In this document: positions 1-9,172 of the stretch, piece by piece
Layout: each line of letters opens with the position of its first letter
Position numbering within the stretch: the stretch's first letter is position 1
Virus record (IMG/VR): IMGVR_UViG_3300020048_000104
Location: 1-64,000 of that record
Strand: one strand, 5' to 3'
Origin: a virus
Taxonomy: Duplodnaviria > Caudoviricetes
DNA length: 64,000 nt
Position numbers and translations under genes: made by a program
Notes under the pieces: model-generated
The model's database searches: none
The model's input: the letters and a program-made list of their open reading frames with translations, nothing else
Told to the model about the DNA's origin: nothing

Positions 1-2
1 TT

Positions 3-185
3 CCTGATTACAATTGGGGTTATATCCCAGGTATGAGAGATCCTTTCTCTCCTGCTGGTAAAGGTCAACCAAAACACATTTCATCTCCTATTGATGGGTA
101 CGAAGTACACTTACAAAAATGGGGTGGTATGATGATTGAAGATCCAACAAAAGTAATCGACTTACGTTTAAGCGTAGCTAGATAA
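3..185 (+). CDS. C-terminal fragment of crAss-like major capsid protein (5' truncated by window)
   Basis: Frame 3 reads PDYNWGYIPGMRDPFSPAGKGQPKHISSPIDGYEVHLQKWGGMMIEDPTKVIDLRLSVAR*. The WGYIPGxRxPF...DG...H...G....DPT pattern resembles crAss-like MCP C-termini. It is followed by a terminator and the usual downstream gene order. Confidence 0.75.
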   Translation, partial: PDYNWGYIPGMRDPFSPAGKGQPKHISSPIDGYEVHLQKWGGMMIEDPTKVIDLRLSVAR

Positions 186-195
186 TAATACAAAC

Positions 196-231
196 CCCTC
201 CAGTTTCAGCAAAAAGCTGGAGGGTGTTTTT
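196..231 (+). terminator. Rho-independent terminator after MCP
   Basis: Stem CCCTCCAGTTT / AAAGCTGGAGGG (one G.U pair) followed by TGTTTTT. Confidence 0.8.
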
Positions 232-266
232 AATTTTAATATTAATTGGGAGAAATAATAAATACA

Positions 267-1238
267 ATGGAGAAACAAGAAAGTACAGCAACCACAGAAG
301 AAGTGGTAAAAAAGGAAGAAAGAATCATTTGGGGTTCTTATTTAAGAGATGAAGTAGTTGCAGTTAAACCTGTACCGTCATCTGGAAAATGGTCTAACTT
401 ATTAGTAGCAGGACAGGATAAAAAAACAGATCCTTTCATCTACAATAAAGTTAAAAGAAGTTACCAAGTACCTTTGAAAAATTATAGAGAAGGTGGTGGA
501 GTAACTCCAATATTAGATGACCAAAATAGATTGCATGTTAAGAAATATGCAAATACATTCCCTGAAGGAATGACACAAAAAGAGTTCTTTGAAAAAGAAT
601 TAGGAGTTGATTTGAATACTACTTTATCACCAGAAGAAAACTTTTGGAGAACTGATAAAAGAGGTAGAGTTACAATCACTAGAAAAGGATTACAGTTGAA
701 TTTGAGTCAACCTTTAGATATGTTGAAATACTTAATTTTATTATCTAATAAAATGTTAGTAGCTCCATCATTCGAAGATGCTCGTAAAAAAGCAACGTAT
801 GAATTTATGTTAGTGGATGAAAACAAATTGACATCTAAAAAAGTAGAAGAAGGTAAACGTAAAGCAAATGCTTATACGGAGTTTGCAAGACTTACTTCAT
901 CTGAAGATAAAATGATTGGATTCATTAAATCATTAGGTCGAGTTCTTCCTGCTAACTATACTACTGATTGGTTGGAGAATGAGATTCTTACAGTATTAGA
1001 AAATAGTACAGAGAATTTCTTATCTATAGTAAATGATCCTCATTATGATTCTAAAATATTTATCCAAAAAGCAATTGATGCTGGAGCGATAATTAAAAAA
1101 GGAGATAAGAGATATACTTTAGATAACGGTGTAGAATTAGGAGATATGTATGATACAATCAACTATGTTAACGCTGCTGAAAATCAAGAAGTGAAATTTA
1201 GAATTAAAGGTAAGATTCAACTTGCTGGTAAGAAATAA
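267..1238 (+). CDS. Conserved crAss-like protein following MCP (function unknown)
   Basis: The ORF track starts at TTG 246; ATG 267 in an A-rich context is the more likely start. Position between MCP and a ring gene matches crAss-like synteny. Confidence 0.6.
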   Translation: MEKQESTATTEEVVKKEERIIWGSYLRDEVVAVKPVPSSGKWSNLLVAGQDKKTDPFIYNKVKRSYQVPLKNYREGGGVTPILDDQNRLHVKKYANTFPEGMTQKEFFEKELGVDLNTTLSPEENFWRTDKRGRVTITRKGLQLNLSQPLDMLKYLILLSNKMLVAPSFEDARKKATYEFMLVDENKLTSKKVEEGKRKANAYTEFARLTSSEDKMIGFIKSLGRVLPANYTTDWLENEILTVLENSTENFLSIVNDPHYDSKIFIQKAIDAGAIIKKGDKRYTLDNGVELGDMYDTINYVNAAENQEVKFRIKGKIQLAGKK

Positions 1239-1257
1239 TTATTAAAAGACTTATACA

Positions 1258-2013
1258 ATGGATTCAAATACAATGGCAAATGAGTTAGAATTAAGACTAG
1301 ACAGAAGTGATAGTTTTGGTTCTCCTGGTTACGAAGATTTCGAATTATCGTCTGTATTAACAGAGGCTCAAGAGTTGTATGTAAAGAAATTTATAAGTGA
1401 AGTTAATAATAGAAAACTAGAAGGTTTCGAAGAAACAGAAATAAGAAGTCAAGGGTTAAGTGCCTTAATAAAACGAGGCACTTCCCTTACTGCTTCTGCT
1501 AGTCAAGCAGATGTAATAACTAATGGAAAGTTCTTTGATTTACCAACAGACTTCATGTATGCTATTTACGAAGAAGCTGTTATTGATAAACTATTATGTA
1601 ATACTTCAAATACTTATATTAAAGTAAGTGTGCGACCAATATCACATGATGAAATATCAAGACTTAGAAATAATAAGTATAAAAAGCCATATTATAAAAC
1701 GTATGGTAGAGGAAGAGTTTGGAGATTAGTATATTCAAGATTTACGGATGGTATTAATCCTGCTACTCCAGCAACTAGCAAAAGACATCAGTTGATAACA
1801 GATGGTACTTTTAATGTTACAGCATATTCAATGAGTTATTTGAAGAATCCTAATAACATAGTAGTTGACAGAGCAACACCTGCTAATAGACGAAATTGCA
1901 TATTAGATGATTCTACTCATAATACAATAGTTGACATCGCTGTTGACTTGATGATGAATAGAGTAAAAGAACAGAAACTTCAGAATATCGAAGGATTAAA
2001 AGATTTAGAGTAA
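1258..2013 (+). CDS. Tail ring (tubular) protein, crAss001 gp34/gp35-like
   Basis: N-terminus ELELRLDRSDSFGSPGYEDFELSSVLTEAQE resembles the crAss ring motif (PG.dEyEkSvfLTkAQ). C-terminal CILDDSTHNTIVDIAV, plus synteny. Confidence 0.7.
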   Translation: MDSNTMANELELRLDRSDSFGSPGYEDFELSSVLTEAQELYVKKFISEVNNRKLEGFEETEIRSQGLSALIKRGTSLTASASQADVITNGKFFDLPTDFMYAIYEEAVIDKLLCNTSNTYIKVSVRPISHDEISRLRNNKYKKPYYKTYGRGRVWRLVYSRFTDGINPATPATSKRHQLITDGTFNVTAYSMSYLKNPNNIVVDRATPANRRNCILDDSTHNTIVDIAVDLMMNRVKEQKLQNIEGLKDLE

Positions 2014-2022
2014 AAGAATTTC

Positions 2023-2033
2023 TACATTTGTAG
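2023..2033 (+). promoter_or_regulatory. Bacteroidota-type -7 promoter element (TACATTTGTAG)
   Basis: Matches TAnnTTTG and lies in the intergenic gap about 40 nt upstream of the 2074 start. Confidence 0.5.
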
Positions 2034-2073
2034 AATACAATTAAATAAGTAATAACAGTTAAATTAAACAAAA

Positions 2074-3384
2074 ATGAGTTTAAGACAAAACAGAAACATT
2101 ACCACTTCATTAGTTGGTAAAGCATCAGTTCTAACATCAGCATTACCTGCTGTAGGAGCTACAGTAACACCTGCAAATCTTCCATTAGGAGGTCTTGTAT
2201 TAGTAGGACTTGATAACAAAAGAATTTCTTCTTTAACAACAGATCAAGATTTTAGAATTGCACAAGGACAAGGTTCTGATAAACCATTGTTACTTACACC
2301 AGTGTTGAACCAAGCTAGAATTAGCAAGTCTGTAGGTGCTCACAGAGCAGCAAGACAACAAATCACTATGATTGGTTACAATCCTGCTACAGCAACAGGT
2401 TCATTACCTACTGCAAATGATACATCATACTTTATTAAAATTCGTAAGAATGATAATGATTCTGCTAACAACAGTCAACCTAATAGTATGTTTGCACAGT
2501 TCAAAACTGATGCTACAGGTACTCAAAGAGAATTGGCTTTTGGATTAGCTATCAATGGTGTTAAAAACTTCAAAGATGAACCAGCTAACGGTTATTTAAG
2601 ATTTGAAGTAACTTCTGATGGTACTGCGGCTGTAGTAGCAGATGGTACACAAACACAAGATGCTGTTGTAGTAAAAGGATCAAGAGTGATTACATTAGTA
2701 GATACAGGTACAACTACAGCTGGTAACACAGCAGGTATTGCTGCTTCTATTCCTGTAGGTACATTGTTATTCTTAGCAGGTGCTACTTATGAAGTAATTT
2801 CATTAAGTGCTAACACAGTTACTTTAAACATGGCTTATGTAGGAGAGAATGCTACTTTAACAGGTAACACTACTTATGCATCAGGATTTGGTAAATTATC
2901 AGCAGTAACTAATTACGGTATTCGTTTAAGAGGAGTAGCTTCTCCATTCGATGTTAATCGTTTCCGTAACTATTACACTCACAGATTTACAGCTACTTTC
3001 TCTGATCCTACTGTAGCAATCACTCATGTTCAAGGAGCATTTGATGGTGTTGGAGTATGGCAAAAAGTTGCTATGGATGAATACATGACTTACGGATTCG
3101 AAGGACAAAACGAAATGTTAAATGTTCCTCCTACCGCACGTTACTCATTTGTTCAATCTGCTGCAACAGACGGTGCTACAGACACTAACAAATATTCTGC
3201 TTACCAAATTGAATTTAGTGAACCAATCGGTCACTTAGTTTCAACAGGAGCAGGAAAAGGTTCAGTAATTGTTTACTTGAATTTAGATCAAACAGCTCCA
3301 GGTGAAATCCCTGCATTAGCTGCTGAAGCTGCTTTAGTTACTGCATTAGGTGGTACTGTTGCTGACTTCAATGAGATAGTATAA
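2074..3384 (+). CDS. Auxiliary capsid (stabilisation) protein, crAss001 gp36-like
   Basis: 436 aa, Ala/Thr/Gly- and beta-strand-rich, QITMIGYN motif, own promoter and terminator, crAss synteny. Confidence 0.65.
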   Translation: MSLRQNRNITTSLVGKASVLTSALPAVGATVTPANLPLGGLVLVGLDNKRISSLTTDQDFRIAQGQGSDKPLLLTPVLNQARISKSVGAHRAARQQITMIGYNPATATGSLPTANDTSYFIKIRKNDNDSANNSQPNSMFAQFKTDATGTQRELAFGLAINGVKNFKDEPANGYLRFEVTSDGTAAVVADGTQTQDAVVVKGSRVITLVDTGTTTAGNTAGIAASIPVGTLLFLAGATYEVISLSANTVTLNMAYVGENATLTGNTTYASGFGKLSAVTNYGIRLRGVASPFDVNRFRNYYTHRFTATFSDPTVAITHVQGAFDGVGVWQKVAMDEYMTYGFEGQNEMLNVPPTARYSFVQSAATDGATDTNKYSAYQIEFSEPIGHLVSTGAGKGSVIVYLNLDQTAPGEIPALAAEAALVTALGGTVADFNEIV

Positions 3385-3402
3385 GAATCTCCCAAGTATA
3401 TC

Positions 3403-3450
3403 AGTAGCTCATCACTAATTTTGCTGTCGGTGGTGAGCTATTGTTTTTTT
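3403..3450 (+). terminator. Rho-independent terminator
   Basis: Stem AGTAGCTCATCACT / GGTGGTGAGCTATT (with G.U pairs) followed by GTTTTTTT. Confidence 0.8.
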
Positions 3451-3453
3451 AAT

Positions 3454-3464
3454 TATATTTGTAA
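3454..3464 (+). promoter_or_regulatory. Promoter element TATATTTGTAA (TAnnTTTG)
   Basis: Immediately after the terminator and 13 nt before ATG 3478. Identical copies at 11915 and 24633. Confidence 0.65.
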
Positions 3465-3477
3465 AAAGAGATAAATC

Positions 3478-4086
3478 ATGGCAATATTAGTTCCTAAAAT
3501 AGGGTTGAGTATTAAAAATACTTGTACTGCTATAGATGTCTGGGAAAAAACAGATGTTTATTCAGCAGGAAATTTAACAGGGTGGGGAACACCTAATATA
3601 GATACTACCGACATAGTAAGTGCTGATGTCAAAATCTATGACCATACAGGAACTACATTATTACAAACGATAATTATGTATAACGGTACTATAGATGTAT
3701 ATTCTACAGCTACAGGTGCTCCTACTCCTAATTCATTCAAAGCATATTCTGATACAACATGGAATCAACCTGATGGTGTGTACAAAGTAATTTATACTGT
3801 TAATATAACAGGAGATGTAAATTATGTAAGTACAGATCAATGGTGTGTATTTACTTGTAATTTATGCAACTGTATGGAATCTTTATTATTAAAAATGTCA
3901 GAATTATGTCCTGGTGACAAACTTGATAAATATAAAGAAATCTACGACAGATTAGAAGTATTTAAGTATGCTATAGAAGCTGCTCATGTTAGTTGTGATT
4001 TTGTAAAAGCTACAGAATTAATAGCAGAAGCTAATTCAATATGTACTACATTCTCTGATTGTGGGTGTGGATGTTCTGATTGTTAA
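3478..4086 (+). CDS. Tail hub-like protein with Cys-rich C-terminus
   Basis: Beta-rich N-terminus, then CNLCNC...CPGD...CDF...CTTFSDCGCGCSDC. Position matches crAss tail hub genes. Confidence 0.55.
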   Translation: MAILVPKIGLSIKNTCTAIDVWEKTDVYSAGNLTGWGTPNIDTTDIVSADVKIYDHTGTTLLQTIIMYNGTIDVYSTATGAPTPNSFKAYSDTTWNQPDGVYKVIYTVNITGDVNYVSTDQWCVFTCNLCNCMESLLLKMSELCPGDKLDKYKEIYDRLEVFKYAIEAAHVSCDFVKATELIAEANSICTTFSDCGCGCSDC

Positions 4087-4105
4087 TTAAATAAAATAAA
4101 ATATT

Positions 4106-5209
4106 ATGTGTACAGATAATTGTGGAGGTGTAACAGTATTCAAAGGAGAAAATGGTGTAGGTATTGTATCTACTGTTGATAATAATGATGGTACGTTTAC
4201 TATAACATACACAGATGGTACAACATTTACTACTTCTGATTTAACAGGACCAACAGGTGCTACTGGTGCAACAGGTCCAGCAGGAAGCATTCCTGGAGGA
4301 GGCACAAATAATTATGTCGCTAGATGGACTCCTGACGGAGCTACATTAGGTGATTCTGTTATACAAGATGATGGTACAAGAATAGGGGTTGGTGTAGCTC
4401 CTGCTTCTACTGGTGGTACTTACAAAGCATATCTAAGAACAACTAATGATGCTGTAGGTCTTACAGCAGAACAAAAAACAGTGGCTGGATCGAACGTTAA
4501 AGTGGCTGTTCAAGGTATTACTAATGGTACAGGTGGAGCTGGTGAAAACGTTGGTGTTGGCGCATTAGGTAGTGGATCTACTACTCAAAATACAGGTATT
4601 ATATCAGGTGCTACAAGTACAGGTTCTGCTTCTTCATTAGGGGGATCATTTTATGCATCAGGAGGTGTTACAAATCATGCTATTCAATTAGTTGATGGAA
4701 CAGAAACAGTAGGTGGAGGTAAATTCCTACAAGACACAGGAAATGGAAAAGCTAACTGGGCTACATTACCTACATCAGGTACAGTGTGGAATACTGTTAC
4801 AGGTGTTAATCCTATTGTAAGTATAATTCCTAATAATGGTTACTTATTAAAAAATACAAGTGGTACAGTAACTATATTAAATCTACCTACAACAGGAGTA
4901 TCTATAGGTGATGAAATAAGAGTAATGGCTCCTAATTTACCTACATCCTTATCTAATTGGGAAATAAGAGGAGGTAGTGCAGATGATAGAATTTATTACA
5001 GTTTCTACAATGATATGGCTGATACTGAACAAAATGGAATACTAACACCAGGAGTATCTTTTTTATTATTAAGATTTGATAGTGTATTTGTTCCTGGAAA
5101 TGATTATACATATTATAAAAACCAAAATCTTACACTTACATGTATAGATATTTTAGGTACAGGTTATGCATGGAATATAGAAATTAAAAATAATAAGAAA
5201 ATAGGATAA
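4106..5209 (+). CDS. Fibre protein with short collagen-like segment
   Basis: GPTGATGATGPAG Gly-X-Y repeat, Gly/Thr-rich beta repeats, and a C-terminal LNLPTTGVSIGDEIRV fibre-type motif. Confidence 0.6.
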   Translation: MCTDNCGGVTVFKGENGVGIVSTVDNNDGTFTITYTDGTTFTTSDLTGPTGATGATGPAGSIPGGGTNNYVARWTPDGATLGDSVIQDDGTRIGVGVAPASTGGTYKAYLRTTNDAVGLTAEQKTVAGSNVKVAVQGITNGTGGAGENVGVGALGSGSTTQNTGIISGATSTGSASSLGGSFYASGGVTNHAIQLVDGTETVGGGKFLQDTGNGKANWATLPTSGTVWNTVTGVNPIVSIIPNNGYLLKNTSGTVTILNLPTTGVSIGDEIRVMAPNLPTSLSNWEIRGGSADDRIYYSFYNDMADTEQNGILTPGVSFLLLRFDSVFVPGNDYTYYKNQNLTLTCIDILGTGYAWNIEIKNNKKIG

Positions 5210-5511
5210 TGAATAATTGTACAATATACCAAGTAACAGATCCTGATAACATTCCTGCTGACTTATGTTTTAAGACAGTAGTTTGGAAGTTACAAAAAAA
5301 GTATGGTACTCTTACATATAATTATATGAAAGCATTACAGTATGGTACTATTTGCAAAGGACAGTATGAAAACTTATTATCATTCAAAAAATTATTATTA
5401 CTTTTGAATAGGTATGATATTAGAGATATTCCTAATGATACAATGATGTATAACGTAATACCTTATTCATCTATTAAGAAAGTTATAACAATATTAAATA
5501 ATAAATACTAA
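5209..5511 (+). CDS. Small tail hub-like protein
   Basis: 100 aa, helical, coupled to both neighbours by TAATG overlaps. Size and position fit the second crAss hub subunit. Confidence 0.4.
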   Translation: MNNCTIYQVTDPDNIPADLCFKTVVWKLQKKYGTLTYNYMKALQYGTICKGQYENLLSFKKLLLLLNRYDIRDIPNDTMMYNVIPYSSIKKVITILNNKY

Positions 5512-6614
5512 TGAATATTAATAAGAAACTAAATGCTCAAGCAGTTAGAGAAACAGGAGCTAGTATAGAAGTTTTCAAAAGTAAAAACGATAACGAACTA
5601 TACTATAAAAATACAGATAATCAATTAGTCAATGTAATGACTGATAAGATTAAAGCATTTACTTCTTATTCCGATCTTCCTGTTGAAGGAGTATCTAATA
5701 CTTTTTATATAATAGGTGAAGATATTTATATGTGGAATGGTACAAGTTATTTTTCAATAACTACAGTTCCTGTTACTCCTTCAGAAATAGTAGAATTTGA
5801 TACAGAAAATCCTAATTTAGGAGGAACTGTATTTACTCCTGATGAACAACAAGCATCTAACACTTTATATGTTTCAACAGATGTAGACACTATAGGGCAG
5901 ACTTGGATATGGAACAGCGATACAAATTTATATGAAACGTATGAGGCTGATATTCCTAACAATACTCCTTTTAATTTATATCAAACAAATATAGATGCTG
6001 GAGGAAATAAAACAGCTTTTATACAGCGTAATGGTCCTATATTTATTAATTCAGCTCACTCTAATGGTAGTAGATATGCTGGATATATTTATAGTCGTAC
6101 ATATAGTGGCATAGGTAACGGTCTTTTGGTTAGAAAAGATTTAAGAACTACATCTGGTAATTACTTGTTAGTACAAGGGTGGAATAGTAGTACAAATGAA
6201 ATTCAAGACAAATTAAAAGTAGGTCATGATGGTAAAACTACTATTAATAATGCTTACGCTTTACCTAACGTAGATGGAACAGTAGGGCAAGTTCCTACAA
6301 CTGATGGTACAGGAAATGTTAGTTGGGAAACGATTGATGCAACAGCAACAACAGGCAGTGTTATTTCATTTGCAAGTTCTCAAATATATAATTCAGTAGC
6401 AAGTCCTTCAACATCTAATATTACAGATGATTTAACAGGTGCAAAAATCGGAATTGTTCAGAAGATTTATCACAATCATTCAGTTGCCCCTACATTTCCT
6501 GTAGGTTGGGTAAGAATGGGAAGTGGTGATTATGTTACAAGTGTTTTAAATGTAATATTCTGTGAGTGGGTTTCAGGAACTCGTGTTGAATATTGGATAA
6601 ATCAAGAAGCATAG
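5511..6614 (+). CDS. Tail fibre/spike protein
   Basis: Mosaic fibre-like sequence with YALPNVDGTVGQVPTTDGTGNVSW motif. Shares its N-terminal module with 7815..9161. Confidence 0.6.
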   Translation: MNINKKLNAQAVRETGASIEVFKSKNDNELYYKNTDNQLVNVMTDKIKAFTSYSDLPVEGVSNTFYIIGEDIYMWNGTSYFSITTVPVTPSEIVEFDTENPNLGGTVFTPDEQQASNTLYVSTDVDTIGQTWIWNSDTNLYETYEADIPNNTPFNLYQTNIDAGGNKTAFIQRNGPIFINSAHSNGSRYAGYIYSRTYSGIGNGLLVRKDLRTTSGNYLLVQGWNSSTNEIQDKLKVGHDGKTTINNAYALPNVDGTVGQVPTTDGTGNVSWETIDATATTGSVISFASSQIYNSVASPSTSNITDDLTGAKIGIVQKIYHNHSVAPTFPVGWVRMGSGDYVTSVLNVIFCEWVSGTRVEYWINQEA

Positions 6615-6616
6615 TT

Positions 6617-7483
6617 ATGAGTAAATATTATAGAATGTTACAATATAGTGGTAATGCTTTGCCTATTTCAAACCTTTTCGCTTATTCTTTTAGAAAGGTA
6701 GTATCAACGGCTACGACATCATTCAGGGTAAGGCGTTCAAGCGATAACGCCGAGCAAGATATAGGTTTTGTGGGTGATGATTTAGACACTACAAGTTTAC
6801 TTACATTTGTCGGTGCTGGTAATGGTTTTGTAACAAAAATGTATGAGCAAAATGGTAGTGGTAAAGATTTGACACAAACAGTCGCTACTAGTCAATTTCA
6901 AATAGTAGCAAGTGGTGTTGTTAACACTTTGAATGGTAAAGCTAGTTGTATAACAGGTATATCAGTCTCTAAATTTATGACTACTCTTAATTTATTTAAT
7001 CTTAGCGTAGTAAATGGTGTGTCTATATTTAGTGTGACAAAACCTATCACACATATAGGTGGAGCTTTTAATGTTGATTGGATTTATTCAATAGGCGCTG
7101 GGGGGACTTCTTCTCCTAGTAGATTTTTTGATAATAATATATCGGGCGCTGTTGGAAATCCGACAACTTATAATAGTAACACTCAAGCTGGTGGTTCTTT
7201 AATAAGTACACCATACACAAGTGGAACTAAACTTCAAGGTCATTTCATTAAGTCTGGTGATAATAAATATTACCAAAATGCTGTTATTGTAGGTTCTAAC
7301 AGCAATTCTTTAGTGACACCTAGTAGTAATCAAAGGTTAGTTATAAATGGAATTTCTTGGAGTATAGGCAGTACTTCCTCATCTAATCAATATTTCTCAG
7401 AAATTTTATTTTATAATTCAGATGAAACATCAAATTTAACCGCTATACAAAACAATATTAACTCTTATTATTCAATATACTAA
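6617..7483 (+). CDS. Tail-associated protein with arabinofuranosidase-B-catalytic-like / concanavalin-like beta-sandwich domain
   Basis: AYSFRKV...FRVRRSSDNAEQDIGF...LDTTSLLTFVGAGNGFVTKMYEQNGSG is a pattern common in phage tail proteins. ATG 6617 is preferred over the track start at 6593. Confidence 0.55.
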   Translation: MSKYYRMLQYSGNALPISNLFAYSFRKVVSTATTSFRVRRSSDNAEQDIGFVGDDLDTTSLLTFVGAGNGFVTKMYEQNGSGKDLTQTVATSQFQIVASGVVNTLNGKASCITGISVSKFMTTLNLFNLSVVNGVSIFSVTKPITHIGGAFNVDWIYSIGAGGTSSPSRFFDNNISGAVGNPTTYNSNTQAGGSLISTPYTSGTKLQGHFIKSGDNKYYQNAVIVGSNSNSLVTPSSNQRLVINGISWSIGSTSSSNQYFSEILFYNSDETSNLTAIQNNINSYYSIY

Positions 7484-7486
7484 AAA

Positions 7487-7699
7487 ATGAACGGATATAA
7501 ATTTAACACAATAGCAGAAGTAAACAATGCTATTCAAACGATTAACAACGCTAATAATTTTATTCCTATTGAGGGAAATGTAACTCAAACACTTGTAACA
7601 GCTTCAAGTCAAACATATAACAATCAAAGTTTTTATGTTATTAAATTTGACGAATACAGTCAAGTTTTAGGTGAACCAAATGAAATAAATATAGATTAA
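7487..7699 (+). CDS. Small hypothetical protein (possible fibre chaperone)
   Basis: 70 aa ORF starting 3 nt after the preceding stop. Confidence 0.45.
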   Translation: MNGYKFNTIAEVNNAIQTINNANNFIPIEGNVTQTLVTASSQTYNNQSFYVIKFDEYSQVLGEPNEINID

Positions 7700-7814
7700 T
7701 GAAAAGAAAATACTACGAGGGGTCAGTTAATGAAAACAGGAGATATAACAGCGTGTCGAGGTATTGGTGATCAGTTAGCTTCTTATACATCATAATAATT
7801 TAAAAGTATAAACA

Positions 7815-9161
7815 ATGACTAAAGTTTTAAAAAAAGTAGCTGTATCTGCAAATAAAGAAACAGCTTCTTATGTAGAATTGTTTTTAAATAAAAACACACC
7901 TTCTGGTAAAATACAATATTTAAACAGTAAAGGTAAACTTGTTACATTATTATCTGATTCTGATTCTGATTCTGATTCTGATAATAATGTAAATAACAAT
8001 ACAACTATTAATGAAATAGTAATTGTAGATAATTTATCTAAATTACCAGATCCTGTAGAAAAAGTAAGAACTTTAGAAGCAGGTAAAACTTATATTATTA
8101 CAACTGAAATAGACTTATTAGGTGATAGATTAGTAGCAGGTGGTGTGTGTAATCTATTTGGTTTATCTTCTGAGGTTTCATTTTTAACATCAACTGGTTT
8201 AGGTACATCTACTCCATTAATCACTTCTATCTACACTATTGTTTTAGAACGTATTTCATTCAAAGACGTAGGCACTTGTTTTTCAATAGATGGTAACACT
8301 AACCTTGTAGCACTAGATTGGAAAGCTGTAAACTTTATTAATATTCCAAATGTAGGAGTAGTTAATAAATGCGACAACTTTATTTTTGATACGGGTTCTT
8401 TTTTAGGTTCGCAAGGATTACGCTTTACAGGAACGATAGGTACAATAGGTTTAAACAACTCATTGTTTAGAGGTATAGGAACTGCTGGAAACATAATTGA
8501 ATTAGACGCAAGTTGTGTTATTACTAGAAGATTTAGAATCATTTACTCGTCTATAGTTGCTTTCAGTTCAACTGTAGGAATAAGTGTTAATGCTAGTGCG
8601 ACAATACCGACTGAATCTTACATCTTAGATACTATCAATTTCTCTGGGGGAAGTACATACATAAGTGGTGTTAATCATACTTCAAATAAAACGCTATTCA
8701 CAAATTGCGTGGGTATTCAAAATACTGCATCTCGTGGTTTTATGTTTATGGTTAATAATGGTACTGATACAAGTATTGGAGTTCCAAATGTAAATGTTTG
8801 GGTCAAAGCAAGTGGGACAACAACTGCTGGAGGACTTAATGCTCAATTTACACATTCTAGCAATAGGTTAACTTATACTGGGGCATTATCTCAATCATTT
8901 CACATTGTTGTTTGTGCAAATGTTAGAAGTTCTATGTCAAATCAAAATATAAGCATAGGTATAGCTGTCAATGGTGCTATTATATCTGATAGCGAAATGA
9001 CTATTAGAACAGGAACTTCTAATCAAGAACATGCAGGTTCTACTCAATACTCAATAAATTTAACGAACAACGATTACGTTGAATTGTTTGTTAAAAACAC
9101 AAATTCAACTGATGTAAGGGTTTCAGATTTTAATATTAATATTTCAAAAATAGCTAGTTAA
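7815..9161 (+). CDS. Tail fibre/spike protein (beta-helix-like middle, C1q/TNF-like C-terminal domain)
   Basis: Ile/Asn/Gly-rich beta repeats and a C-terminal SNRLTYTG...ISIGIAVNG...LTNNDYVELFVKN pattern. N-terminal module is paralogous to 5511. Confidence 0.55.
   Translation: MTKVLKKVAVSANKETASYVELFLNKNTPSGKIQYLNSKGKLVTLLSDSDSDSDSDNNVNNNTTINEIVIVDNLSKLPDPVEKVRTLEAGKTYIITTEIDLLGDRLVAGGVCNLFGLSSEVSFLTSTGLGTSTPLITSIYTIVLERISFKDVGTCFSIDGNTNLVALDWKAVNFINIPNVGVVNKCDNFIFDTGSFLGSQGLRFTGTIGTIGLNNSLFRGIGTAGNIIELDASCVITRRFRIIYSSIVAFSSTVGISVNASATIPTESYILDTINFSGGSTYISGVNHTSNKTLFTNCVGIQNTASRGFMFMVNNGTDTSIGVPNVNVWVKASGTTTAGGLNAQFTHSSNRLTYTGALSQSFHIVVCANVRSSMSNQNISIGIAVNGAIISDSEMTIRTGTSNQEHAGSTQYSINLTNNDYVELFVKNTNSTDVRVSDFNINISKIAS
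7953..7982 (+). repeat. (TCTGAT)5 in-frame microsatellite encoding Ser-Asp repeat
   Basis: Five perfect hexamer copies read directly from the sequence. Confidence 0.95.
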
Positions 9162-9172
9162 AATAAAATATA

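Noticed and set aside
6612-6619. Programmed readthrough or frameshift fusing 5511..6614 to the next gene
   Set aside because: ATG 6617 is in a different frame from the TAG, there is no slippery heptamer nearby, and a simple re-initiation explains the arrangement.
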